Positions 9,448-21,961 of a stretch of DNA of 64,000 bases are shown one piece after another. The position numbers and the translations under genes are program-made. Origin of the DNA: Raja brachyura. Taxonomy: Eukaryota. The notes under the pieces were generated by a model. It did not search any database. It was not told the DNA's origin and worked only from the letters and a program-made list of their open reading frames with translations. Positions within the stretch are counted from its first letter, which is position 1, and each line of letters begins with the position of its first letter. The stretch covers positions 14,074,001 through 14,138,000 of the forward strand of contig OY740809.1 in NCBI GenBank assembly GCA_963514005.1, read 5' to 3'.

Positions 9448-10310
9448 TGGGTCACCACGTCATCGGGTGGCAGCCTCGCCAGCAGTCTGTCTGTCATTTC
9501 ACCCTTTTTGTTATTTTTAGTTGCGTCAAAAGTATGTTTTTGAAGGTTTCATAGTCTTTTTTATGTGGGCGGTGGGGGTTGGGAAAGGGGAAACCATTTT
9601 CTCAGTCACTTTCTGGTGAGGATGCGTCTTTTCTCCGAGTCACATCTTCGCCCACCCCCCCCCCCCCCCCCACTCCCCCGGCTCACGGCCTACCATCTGG
9701 ATTGCAACGCCATTTCCTGCCGGAGACCAGACAGAGCTTCAGCAACGGTGCAGCACTGGATTCCATCGTGGAGCAGGACGATGCCTTACCGGGGATCGCC
9801 AGAGCTCCGTAGTGTTGGGACTGCTGATTAACATCGTGGAGCTGTGGTTTGCGGAGCTTTCAGCCACGGGTGCCGCTGACTTTAACATTGTGGAGTCCTG
9901 GGACCTCTTGCCGGGGGTTGCCAGCGTTGAATCTCCTCCCAGCCTGGCCTGTGGACTTCGGGAGCCTCGGACTCCGGTAGGAAGTGGCTGATACGGAAAC
10001 TCCAAGCTGCTGAGAGTGTTCTCCGTTGATGGACGCCGGAGCTCCAACCATCCCGGCAGGAGGGCCTGAAACATTGGGTTGCCCGTAACGGCGACTGCGG
10101 AGAGCTCAAAGCCCCCGACCACTGGTGAACAAAGAGGAAGATGACTGAACTTATTGCCTTCCCTCACAGTGGGAAATGTTGATTCTGTTGTGTGGGATGT
10201 TCATCTTAAATTCTATCGTGTATTGTGTTATTTTTATTCGTATGGCTGTATGATAATTCAAATCTCACTGTACCAATTGGTGCATGTGATAATAAATGTC
10301 TCTTGAACTC
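9448..10310 (+). mobile_element. GC-rich non-coding retroposon with a LINE-like 3' tail
   Basis: Interrupts CR1, possible TSD ttgac. Ends ...cactgtaccaattggtgcatgtgataataaa followed by a short repeat. No coding remnant. Confidence 0.65.
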
Positions 10311-10459
10311 TTGACCCCTGGTTCTGGACTCCCCCAACATCAGGAATTTTTTTCCTGGACCTAGCCTGTCTAATCCCTGAAGAATTTTATGTTTCTATAA
10401 GATCCCCTCGCATCCTTCTAAATTCCAGTGAATATAAGCCCAGTCGATCCATTCCTTGC

Positions 10460-12420
10460 AAGTGCCCTGCAAGTTTGTATTTGCAGCACTCCTTGTATAC
10501 TCATGACTATGTAGCCAAATTCTGCTCTAACTCCATTTGCAAGTTTGCAGATGATAACACCCTGGTGGGCTCAATCTCGAACAATGACGAGATGGATAAC
10601 ATGAAGGAGATGGAGAACATAGCAACATAGTGTCAGGACAACAGATCCTCCCTTAACGTCAGCAAGGTAAAAGAGCTGGTTATGGATTTCAGGAGGTTTT
10701 GTGGAGAACATGACCCAATCAGCATCAAAGGTGTTGAGTGGTGGAGATGTTGAAGTTCTGAGCCCGGGATATCAACAATATATCCTGGACCAACTACATG
10801 GAAACAAAAATCACAGGACTTTCTCAGGAGACTAATGGGCCTGTTCCAATTAGTCGATTTTTTAACGGACCGTCGGCTATCGTCAAGTTGCCTTAAAAAC
10901 CGGCAACTGGAACGGCAACAGTCAGAGTGGAACACACACACACACATCGCTTCCTTCACCAGCCCGTTATGCAGGTGGGGGACAGGGCAAGCAAGGGGAG
11001 TGCTGTCTGAAAAATTCCCACAGTGCAAAACCAAGGTGAAACAGACACACACCGCGATGAACAGGAAGGTTGGCGCTGTAAATAGACGGCTAAAGCACAG
11101 TGTATGGTAAGTCCTTTAAAAGAGGGGGGGAGAGGGAAAGAGAGGGAGGAGAAGTTGGGGCGAAGGAGTGGAGGCAACTTTGAAGAAGACAGAGATACAC
11201 GGCTGTGAAGCTCGGCGGACATTTAACATTACCGGTCTGTTATCCTTGGCTCTGAAAACTACTGCTTACCCTTTTTTCCCAATGAGCCAATGAGCCAATG
11301 AAATTCACCGGTCAGCACCGGCTACAACCTACAAGACCCTCCAAGAACCTTCCACTTCCTGGCAACCCCTTAGGACCTCCTGGTGACCCATCTACGGCTC
11401 GAGAATTCTAGCTACTCTCCATGGCGGCTTCATTCTAGTCACCGCTAATTTTTCAGCATGTTGAAAAATTCATGTCAACCATAATGAGGCCGCGACTAGT
11501 TCCCAGAATGTGGGAACTCCTCACGACCATGATGGCGACTCCCCGGCAACCACCCACGAACATGTAGCGAACATGTAGCGACTGCATAGTCTCCTGCAGT
11601 CACCTAAAATGCCTAAGTGGGACAGGCCCATTAGGAAATTCAACATATCTCCAAAGGCTCTTCTGCAGATGCAACATAGGAAGCAGCTTATCAGGATATA
11701 TAACAGCTTGATTTGGGAACAGCTCTACCAAAACCACAATAAATTGCAGAGTTGTAGATGTAACCCAATCCATCACACTGAGCAGTGTTCCCACAATTGA
11801 TTCCATCCACACTTCACACTGAAGAAGGGTCCCGGCCCAAAACATCACCGATCCTTTTCTCCGGAAATGCTGCCCGACTTGCTGAGTTACTCCAGCACTT
11901 TGTGTCTATCTTCTGTATATACCAGCATCTACAGTTCCATTCACTCTGTCTTGGGAATGCACCCACCATAATTAAAGACTATTTTGATCCTGGTCATTTC
12001 TTGGCCTCCGCTCACCCATTGGGAAGAGATTCTAAAACTTGAAAGCACATACCTCCTGGTTCAGGAACAATTTCTTCCCTGCTGTTATCAGACTACTGAA
12101 TGGTTCTCTCATAAGCTAGGATGTAGTCTTGATCTTCCAACCTACTTCATTGCACTTTTTCTCTGTAACTGTAATGCTCTTAAACTGTAACACTCTATTC
12201 AGATATGTTTTCTCTTTACCCCACCTGTTATACTTGTTGGAGTATCTTTGTCGGTCAAGCAGCATCCCTGGAGCCACATGGATAAGTCACATCTTGAGTA
12301 GGGTCCCTTCTTCAGACTGATGACTTAGACGTGTACGGTTCCAATGTACCATGAAAAGTATGATTTGACTGGATGACACGCAACCAAAAACTTTTCATTG
12401 TAACTTGATACACATGACCT
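10460..12420 (+). mobile_element. Degenerate Rex1/Babar-like LINE with nested MITE and Penelope-derived pieces
   Basis: ICKFADDNTLVG, LNVSKVKELVMDFRR and FLRRLRKF remnants. Confidence 0.75.
10836..11630. mobile_element. Non-autonomous DNA transposon (PIF/Harbinger-like MITE)
   Basis: TIRs tgggcctgttcca / tgggacaggccca, flanked by TAA and TTA. Confidence 0.8.
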
Positions 12421-14429
12421 AAAGAATCAAACAGAAGTAAAGATTTAGAACTCATTCTTGAAAGCTTCAATTATTCTGTATCCACAGGCTTTGGATCTGG
12501 TGATTCGAAGTGTTTACCACCCATTGTGCTTCTGAATTGTCTCCACTGCATTCATCTACTCCCCAAGGAGGCAGCATGCAACTTCATAAATTTAGTATTT
12601 AACTTCTGGTTCCGAGAAGGGGAGGTAACCAGTCCCCATGTGGTCAGACAGGATTCGTTTCCATCCTGTTATTCACTCAATTGATGTACCACTCGCGCTG
12701 AATGTGTTCCATTATTTGACATTATATTAAAGTTTGATTGTTATTTCTGCCATTGTTTGTGTCTGTTGGTTAAGATCCACTTTCTTTTCCACGTCAACAT
12801 CCAATTCATTGGTGACTTGAGAGCGTTCACTAACTTATTTATTTTCAGGACCTCACAATTTTGTGACTGATGAGCATGTCACGTAACCTCGGGATTTATA
12901 TGTTATAAACTCTTTCTGCTTCCATGGAATTTATAACAAGTCTTTTATTCTGATTCAGTATTTGTTTTATGGGAAGTAGTGTTAAATCTCTCCCCTGTGA
13001 ATTCTTTGAAGACCTAATCATTCAGAATGCTTATATTTTTTGTAAGTTACTGGCATCATGCCTATTTGCATCTTGTGCCATTCTATTCTCTTGTCTAACT
13101 TTGGCATTAAAGAGCAAGGAGGGAGGAGAGCAAGGACAGGAGAGAGCAAATGACAAAAAGAATGATAGTAGACAATGATAGATGGAGAGAGATAAATAAA
13201 ATAGGTAGGTCTGAAGAAGGTATAAATAGAAGAAGATTCATACTTGAACCACCAGAAGGTTACAATTGTGAATGCTAGAATGTGACAACACGAGGAAGAA
13301 ATGACAAGTAGGATTAAGAGTGGGGGCAGATATCTATGGAGGACAATTTTGGGAATCATACTCTGAAGATTTAGGTACAATGTTGTAAGATTTTCAACAA
13401 ATCGCTATAGGCAGCCAAAGCAACTGAATGCATTTTCAAATGGCTACATCCTATCAATTGTTGGCCCTCCGTTCTGACGAAAGGTAATCTCTTTTTCTCC
13501 TTTTCTTTATTTGCACAGCGTTTTTGGTCGGATGGTCAGTTTTGGGCTTGAGATGGTCCATTTATCGAGATGGGGCAGTTACAAGTCATGTATAGGCAGT
13601 GGCCAGGAAAACCTCTCCAACAAAAGTGAGAGGAAATATGTAGAAGTAGAAAAGGAAAAATAAGAGATTCCATCTGGGAGTGAGTTTATTTCTGCACATC
13701 ATTTATGTAACCGATCTTTCCTCTCTGTGTGAGGGCACAGTCCCTCATTGTCTGCAGGCAGGTGAGAAGATGTTAGCGGTCTCAGGCTTGTCCCGACGGC
13801 TCACTCTTCCTCCAAGCCTGTGAAAGATAAACAAAGCTAGTCGAGAGGCGTCACACTTTCTCCCACTTCCTTTCTCTCTTCCTCTTCTGTTTCCTGTCCC
13901 TTCTTCGTACTGCTTCCTCTGATTCCTATCTCATCTCTACTCTACCGTAGCCCCCACCCCTGCTCTTCCGGCTGGAACAGCCTTGGTTTTAAGGAAGATG
14001 ACGAGGTGCAGCTAGGCCAATCCAATAACAGCTAATTGGACGCAGCTGTTGCTCCTCTGCCTGTGGCTTCAGTTCTCACTCTTTTCAGCACTGTCCACGG
14101 TGCTGTTCTTTAGCTCCTCCTAACCTGTCTACCATTAACAGGAATCAGAGCAGCACGCGAGGGTAGAGGTGCCATCATAATATACCCATATTTGTCACCC
14201 ATCATCATTAAGAACATTGAACAATGTAGCACAGGAACAGGCCTTTTGGCCCATAATGCCGAACATGATGCCAGGTTCAACTGATCTCCTCTGCCAGAAA
14301 ATGATCCATTCCCCTTCATTCCCTGCATATCCATGTGCCTATCTAAAAGCCTAATAAACGGCCATTATTGTATTTGCTTTCACCACAACTCATGGGAAAA
14401 ATATAAAATATAAATATAAATAATATTAG

Positions 14430-14850
14430 CAGAAGGTAGACACAAAAAGCTGGAATTACTCAGCGGGACAGGCAGCTGGAGAGAGAGGGAATGCTCGCTC
14501 TATCGCTTCCCAACCCAAGTCACACTAGCTTCTCGTTTCACTCAACAAACAGCTAACAATGGCCTGTTTCCTTTATCATTTGAAGAAGGGTCCCGACCCG
14601 ATATGCCACCTATTATGTGTAATAGGCATATCGTTTATCATTGTTACTTTTTTTGCATATCTTTAATTCATTGTTGTTTATCTCTCTACATCATCGTCTA
14701 TATCTCTCATTTCCCTAATTCCTAACCAGTCTGAAGAAAGGTCCCGACCCAAAACATCACGCATTCCCCTCCAGAGATGCTGCTTGTCCCGCTGAATTAC
14801 TCCAGCTTTTTGTGTCTATCTTCAGTTTAAACCAGCATCTGCAGTTCCTT
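14430..14850. mobile_element. Penelope-derived element with inverted termini
   Basis: agacacaaaaagctggaattactcagcgggacaggcag at the left, its reverse complement at about 14780-14820; tgaagaagggtcccgaccc cores. Confidence 0.75.
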
Positions 14851-16183
14851 TCTATAAATATTAACATGATGGCCATTTGTCCTTACCCTTGACTGATTGG
14901 CATTTAATTCATATCCTATTATACCATTGTTTTAAAAAAATCTAATCTCTGATTTAAAATGATTAATTGAGCTAGCATTTGCTGCTTCATGTGGGAGAGA
15001 ATTCCACATATTTACCACCTTTACCAGGAGATAGGGTTTCCTAATTTTTCTCTTGAATAGTGACAGTGATTTCAAGGTTACGTTCCTATGTCTTAAACTT
15101 CAATGTGCCATTTCCTCTGGGTGTGTGCCTGTGTGACTTTCTGACCTCTGGAGGAACGACTGGTCAGTTTCAGCATTTTCATAGCCAAATGGAGGCACAA
15201 AAGACTGTTTTGGAGGCAGCATCTGAAAGGGGATCTCAAAGAGGTGTAAAAAATCATAAGGGAATTGATAAGGTGAATATATCTTTTACCCAGATAGGGG
15301 AATAAAAAATGAGAGAACATTGGTTTAAGGTGAGAGGGGAAAGATTTAATAAGGACCTGAGGGCCAACCTTTTCACTTGGAGTGCAGTGGGGTAGAATCA
15401 TAGAATCATAGATTCTATGATTCTATGGACAAGCTGGGTATATGGACAAGCTACCAAAATAGGTAGTTGTGGAAGGTTTTACAATAGTATTAAAAATCCA
15501 GTTGGTCAGGTTCATGGATAGGACAGGTTTAGAGGAGTATGGGCCAAATGTGGGAAAATGGGAATAGTTTAGATGAGGCATCTTTGTAGGCATGGAAGAA
15601 CATCCGTGCTGTATATCTCTATCCATGGAGGGAAATGGACAAAGTCCAGAGGATTGATTTTGACACAGAACGCTGGTCATTTATTTATTTCCATCGATAC
15701 TGCCTGACCCGCTGAGTTTTTCCAGCAAAATATTTATTCTCATAGCTAAATCATCTGGTCATAGATTTAATTCTTATCTCACTGACATGAGCATGAAAGA
15801 TGCTCAGAATTTCTGTTAGAAAGGACTTCATTTAGGTCAGTACCATATAGTCCTTTCAGATGGATAGAAAACAACCCAATGAGAAACAGAGCTTTCTCCA
15901 ATCTTTATTTATCACTAAAACAGTTTATCTTGTTCGATCACAGTGTTCTTTCTGTGACTTTGATTAGTGTTTCCTATATAGCCATATTAACTGCACCAGA
16001 TGTGCTTCAATGGTGGGAAAATGCTTTCAGACATTCTAAAATCATGGAAAGCACCAAATAATGACTTCTGTCATTCTGTTCTTTCCCAATTTGCACAATA
16101 TTGTGTAACGCAAAGATTCAGGTAGAACTATTTACTAACACAGAAAACACCACACACCTTTTGAAGTTGGATGTATTCTCTAA

Positions 16184-16761
16184 AGGGCCTGTCCCACCAG
16201 CATGCAACTTTATGCGATGAGCGCGACCTAACGTGGTCACTTGAGCCGTCTGGCATCGCGGGGCCGGTGCCACTTCGATCGCCGGAGCCGTGCGGAATTG
16301 TGCGGAGTTCGTCCCGACATCGCGCGGGGCTCCGAAAAACTGACTATGTTCAAAAATTCCGCGCGGCAACGGCTTGCCGGATCGCAGTCGCCTCGACGCA
16401 TTACACACCATCTCGATGTCGTGCCTCCGTGACACTCGCTGTAGGTGCCTCCGTGACCCTCTATGTGTGTGGCTCCGTGGCCCTCTGTGTGTGTGCCTCT
16501 GTGCCCCTCTCTGTGTGCCCCTCTCTGTCCTGGCGAACTTACCTTTAAGACTTCGCTCCAAGTTCGCCTCACTTTGCGCCGCGTTGCGCCACTCACCCGA
16601 CCGTCACGTGGCCCTCGCTGCCGGTTTGGTCGCGCTTGCCACATGCAGGCGCATGCTGGTGGGAACGGCCCTGTACAGGGATCACCCGACCTCTGCGCGG
16701 CCCCCGCTTCTAGTTTGATCGCGCTCATCGCATGGAGTCGGATGCTGGTAGGACAGGCCCT
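16184..16761. mobile_element. PIF/Harbinger-like MITE with internal tandem repeats of about 24 bp
   Basis: Imperfect TIR of about 45 bp (agggcctgtcccaccagcat...gcgatgagcgcga), flanked by TAA and TTA. Repeats at about 16420-16530. Confidence 0.82.
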
Positions 16762-18116
16762 TTAGGTTCTGATGAGGAGAAAACTATTCTACAATTGTTG
16801 CACCCTGTTCAGAGACAGGTGAAGGATTAGCTGATCAAAGGCCCCAGTAAAACAGTGCAGATATCTCAACTTCAAGCTATTAGTTTCACAGCTATTGCCT
16901 TCTGATTAATCTGCCAATTATACGTCCTTTTAATTAAATCCCTGCATAAAACATGTTGAAATGTCAGATATTTTGTTTATCCTCTCCCTGAATGTTGAAG
17001 ATAGAATTGTTAAAGGCAGCCAAATGGTATTGGAAGATACATCCCCCTTGCTTTTCTCACTCCATCTTGAACTCAAATCCTTTGTCCACAAAGCCTCTCA
17101 ACAAGTTCCTAAACATTTTTCATTCAAAATGCACTAAAGGGCATATTTTTATTTCCCATCTCAATAGAAACTATTAGACCACAACTATGAAACAAAGTTG
17201 CCCAACATCTCATTGAACACACTAACAGTGTGCCACCATCAGCATATTTGTATAATTACACATAATTACCAGCTCAGCATTGGCATTGAGCAGGGAGCAA
17301 GTCTAATGGGGGCAAACCTAGTGAAGTGCAAAACCTGAAAATTAAAGGGCTAGGTGCACTTAAATGTAAATACCTGTCTCTGGGGACATAAATAGTTTTA
17401 GTTCTTGTTGAGCACCAATATAAATGTTGGATGTTCACCTTGAATGTGGATAGGTTAAAGAGATAAACAAAGTTGAAGGTCACAATGCATAAGTACAAAA
17501 CAAATGTTAAGAACAATAATAGTGTAGTATAGAAACAAGAAACTGCATTTGCAAAAGAAAACACAAAGTGCTGGACTAACTCAGCGGATCAGGCAGCATC
17601 TCATGAGAACATGGATAGGTGGCATATCGGGTCGGGACCCTTCTTCAGACTGATTGTAATTTGTCCTTTGTTGGATGAACAATGCCATCGGTGTTTAGCT
17701 CCATGGCCTTATTCCACACTTCATCAAGATCTCTCCAAAGCACAAAGGTACACATTTCCTGGCATGAGATGTTGTTACATCACCTGCTGTGGAACCTTTC
17801 TGCCTTCTGGGCTTGACAATGAATTTATGTTGATCTGAGAATACTGTGAGTTAAACTGCATAAAATTGGTTTGCATGATAGGAATGTTCAACTCAGCCAG
17901 CAAGGTTCACCCAGGTGCCTTCAACCACAAAGTCAATGCTGTTGCTTCAGATGCCATCTTGCCCTCTGGTCACTGCATTGGACTGAGCCACATTCAAACC
18001 CTGACTCTTATCAAAACCCTACCCTAACCCCCACTGGTCACTGCATTAACACTGAACCAGATTCAGCTCCAAACCATCTTTCTAGTTCATATCTGCTCTC
18101 TTGCACCGCTTTCACA

Positions 18117-18345
18117 TTGTGTAGGAAAGAACTGCCGATGGTGTTTTAAACTGAAGATAGACACAAAATGCTGGAGTAACTCAGCGGGACAGGCAGCAAC
18201 TCTGAAGAGAGAAGCAATGAGTGACTTTTCGGGTCGAGACAATTTCTTCAGATTGAAGATGGGTCTTGACCTGTAACGTCACCCATTCCTTGTCTCCAGA
18301 GATTCTGCCTGTACTGCTGAGTTACTCCAGCATTTGTGTCTAACC
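18117..18345. mobile_element. Palindromic Penelope-terminus element (related copies about 11818-11940, 17540-17652, 20747-20842, 27491-27642, 29936-30025, 30243-30328, 32775-32905, 45030-45155, 53685-53795)
   Basis: Head-to-head copies of the same sequence that terminates the GIY-YIG-bearing element at 37150-37247. The 20747-20842 copy has a 12-bp TSD gttttgccttcg. Confidence 0.78.
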
Positions 18346-18519
18346 TCTTTCATATTATTCTCTGCTAACCTTGCAAACCTTTCCACCTACAGCTGCATTA
18401 CCTGAACTCGCCATTGTTTGTCCTTTATTTAATTTTCTGCCTTTGTACTAAGATTGTTTAATGTGTTCTGATGTAAACCAAAGATTCAAATCATTCTTCA
18501 ACATCTTCAACACTCAAAA

Positions 18520-18672
18520 GGCATCCAGGTTTGTAGATTAATTGGTTTGGTGAATGTGTACAATTGTCCCAAATGTGTGTAGGATAATGTTAATGCGTGG
18601 GAAGCGCTGGTCGGAGGGGACTCGGTGGGCGAAGAGCGACTTTCGCGCTGTATCTCTAAAACTTAAACTAAA
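18520..18672 (+). mobile_element. V-SINE/HE1-like SINE 3' half
   Basis: caggtttgtagattaattgg...aattgtccc...cgctgtatctctaaa with a (taaac)n tail; same family as 49885-50120. Confidence 0.7.
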
Positions 18673-19761
18673 ATATCTTCACTTGTTTCATGTCTTTTAA
18701 GATCCTCTAAAAACAATTTCTTGACAATGCATCTGAGCACCCACCTCCTATCAATTGTTAGTATGTTTTTCTATGTTTTTCAGCAGTCTGCATTTTTCAA
18801 AAGCAGTTTATTGATTGTAAATGCTTTAGAGTAGTGTTGAAAAGTCATTCAGCATAGAATTTGGTCCATTAGTCCACCACATTCCTGCTGACCATGTCCC
18901 CATCCATACCAAACCCTACTTCCGATTCCTGGCATGTAGTATTCTTGCCCTTCAAGTGCTCACACACATTTGTCTCAAACATGAAGGTTTCTACCCTTAC
19001 CATCCCTCCAGACAGTGTTCTCCAGATTCCAATCACTGGGTAAAAAAATTTTAAATTACCTCTAAGCATCCTGTCCCTTACTTTAAATCACACCCTCCGG
19101 TTTTATTAGCCCCTGCTATGGGGGAAAGTTTCCTATTATCTATGTTAACAATGCCCCTCATAATTTGGTGGACCTTAATTAGTTCTTCCATCTGCCCCCT
19201 CTGTACTCTCCTCTCCTCTGTAATCCATCAGAATCCTCTGTACATCTCCTTGGTAATGCCTCAACATCTTCTGTGCATTTCAGTAATCAGGTCTCCTCTG
19301 TAATCAGCTCCTCTCTGTACATCTCATCTGTAATCAGGTCTGCCATCAGCCACCTCTGTTCCAAGGTCACAAACTCCACCCTCTCCTCATAATGGAAATG
19401 CTGTCTTCCAGGCAACATTCTGATGAATCTCCTCTGAACCATCTCGAGTGTAATCACATTCTTCCTGTGGTGTGATCAGTCAGAACTACATACTGTACTG
19501 CATTGTGACTTAAACAATAAAGGTATAGCATAATCTCCCTGCCCTTATAATCTGTGGACCAGCTAATTATAGGTAGTATCCTGAATAGGTTCTTCAACAC
19601 CTTATCAACCTGTGTTTTTATCATCTTTAGTGATTATTGGACACCATGACTCCTCTTACTTCTTAACACTCTATCGGTGCTGTCTGTACGGAATTTGTAC
19701 GCTCTCTCTGTGACTGGGTGGGTTTATTTCGGGTGCTCCGGTTTCCTCCCACATTTGAAAT

Positions 19762-21141
19762 CTTCTTCTTCTTCTTCTTCTTCTTGCGAATGAAACATAA
19801 ATAAACCAAAGGAATAGTTAGATGTCAAGCCGGAAGTTGAGCAGCCAGGTTGTTGTCTCTGCGTCAATGTCTGCCAGGCCCTGCACTCCATTCAGTGGGT
19901 GGTAGAGCGGGCACTCAAAGATGATATGGTTGGCTGTCTGTTGTTCTGCTCCGCATTCACGGGCTGGGCTCTGGCAGAGTATCCATCTCCACATGCTGGC
20001 ATTGAAACGCCCAACTCCAGTACGAAGTCTTGAGCTTCACCCATGCTCCTCTGGGGAGGTCAGACCATGGACAGCTTTTATCTGGTGAAGAGATGTAGCT
20101 GTGTAATGGAGATGAGGTTGTCTTCCACTTCTGTGACCACTTGGTGGCTATCCAGTGTGCTTTTTATCTCAGTTGGCTGGAATTATCCTAGGAGTTGTTT
20201 TCTATGTGGAGCAAAGGGGTGACAGGACTTCAGTCGGTGTGGCCCCTGCCCTCTGCTGATAGCCTGATGTAGGAGGTGATCTGGGTCCATGGCATGATGA
20301 GAAAGTGCCGGAGTTGCTGCTTGCCTTCGGATCCCTGCAGGCGGAATGCCTACAAGTATAGGGAGCTGCTCGACTGGAGTACGTTGAAGGCACCCAGTGA
20401 TTGTTCGCAAGGCTCATGTGTACCAGGCTAGTATGTCTGCTTCTACTCCATATGGGTGTGTATGACTTAGCTGGAGCATACACAAGAGCTAAGGTAGAGG
20501 TGCGAAGAGTTTATGGACTGGCTCCCCAACTTGTTCCTGCCAGGCATCGGATGAGGCCGCTTCGTGCCATGACCTTGTCGCGTGTCCAGCCAGGTGTTGA
20601 CGAAATGTAAGCAACCTGTCCAGCTTATGCTGAGGTAAGTGTGTGTTTGTTGGAGGTCCAAGTGCCTATTGTTAACAAAGACAGCTAGCTCTCGCTTAGT
20701 TTCCTTGTTGTTTAGATGAAATGCAGTTGACAAGGTTTTGCCTTCGAGGGTTACACAAAAAGCTGGAGAAACTCAGCGGGTGCAGCAGCATCTAAGGAGC
20801 GAAGGAGATAGGCGACGTTTCGGGTCGAGACCCTTCTTCATTGTTTTGCCTTCGTTCAGCTTCAGATACCAATGTTGTAGGTATACTGCCCAAGTCCCCA
20901 TGCCTTGACTCAAGGAGCTCCACTCTTTGTGTCTCATCAGGATGGCTAGATCGGTAGCATACCCTATTTTCCAGCTATGGTCTCTGGGAGGTCATGGATA
21001 TACACGTTGAAAAGCAGCGGAGCCAAGACGGATCCCTGTGGGACGCCATTCTTCAGTCTATGGTAGCCTACTCTGCAGTCCATCACTGGTCTTAAGCACA
21101 AAGCTGCAGTTTGATATCAGTTCCATGATGTAGCGAACCAT
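19762..21141 (-). mobile_element. 5'-truncated Vingi/Ingi-like LINE inserted in a V-SINE (19677-21250)
   Basis: [39 protein letters not shown] and CECGAEQQTANHI remnants. (AAG)n tail. TSD acatttgaaat at 19751-19761 and 21142-21152. Confidence 0.78.
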
Positions 21142-21961
21142 ACATTTGAAATAGGTTTGTACGTTAATTGGCTTTTGTGGACTTATTTAGGCCAAACAGC
21201 ATGTTTCCACGCTGTATCACTAAACAAAACTAAACTAAACTAAACTAAACTCTCTTGGACATAACATCCATTGTGTAAGTCCTCAAATAAATAATCCATC
21301 ACAAAATGTTCAGGATTTGTCTGGCAGCTGTCTGCCATTGCTCTTTCTGTCTTACAAAATTATTAATATGAAGCTGCGATGCAAGTCTACCCTTCTCACA
21401 ATCGGCAGGGCAATGACATTTTCTGTCATCTACGAAGCTGACTGGTCATACCTGTGACATTCACCTCCAAATATTTGATGTATATGACAAAAAGTAAGGG
21501 TCCCATCAACACTCCTTGTCACACACCACTGGTCACTGGTTTCTCATCACAAAAAGAACCCTCCACCAGCACCCTCTGACTCTTATTACTTAGTCAATTT
21601 TGGATGCAATTATCAATGTCCAATGGATATCATAGGAACTATCTTTTTGGACCAGTCTCCCTATGGGATCAAGTCAATGGCCTTACCGAAGTCGACATGG
21701 AAGCAGATTGCCCTCATCTATGCGTTACGTCTTTAAAAGATTCAAGCAAATGGTTCGTAGCATCTTCAATTAACAAAGTGATACTGACCATCTTTGCTTA
21801 ATACCTGTCTTCACAAATATACATTTATCTTGTCCCTCATTTTTTTCTAGTAACTCCCCAAGCACTGATATTAGACTCACAGGCCCACAATTACCTTCTG
21901 GAATAAAGGATCCACATATGCTATCCTGTTGTCATCCTCTATCTCATCAGTGGCCAGCATA

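Larger units (their letters stand above)
152..10455 (-). mobile_element. CR1 (HER1-like) LINE 3' end, split into 152-222, 9224-9447 and 10316-10455 by DIRS-A and a non-coding retroposon
   Basis: (catagaaa)n tail at about 152. Removing the inserts gives gccattcaatatAATcatggctgatcatcc..., matching the uninterrupted CR1 3' end at 37414-37975. Confidence 0.88.

Noticed and set aside
12860-12890. ctgatgag hammerhead-like motif
   Set aside because: No downstream stem II or GAAA.
13766-13792. cctgagaccgctaac on the minus strand resembles miR-125
   Set aside because: The seed differs, there is an inserted base, and no precursor hairpin is evident.
16118-16765. Overlapping 100-163 aa ORFs
   Set aside because: They lie in a GC-rich MITE with tandem repeats and show no transposase motifs.
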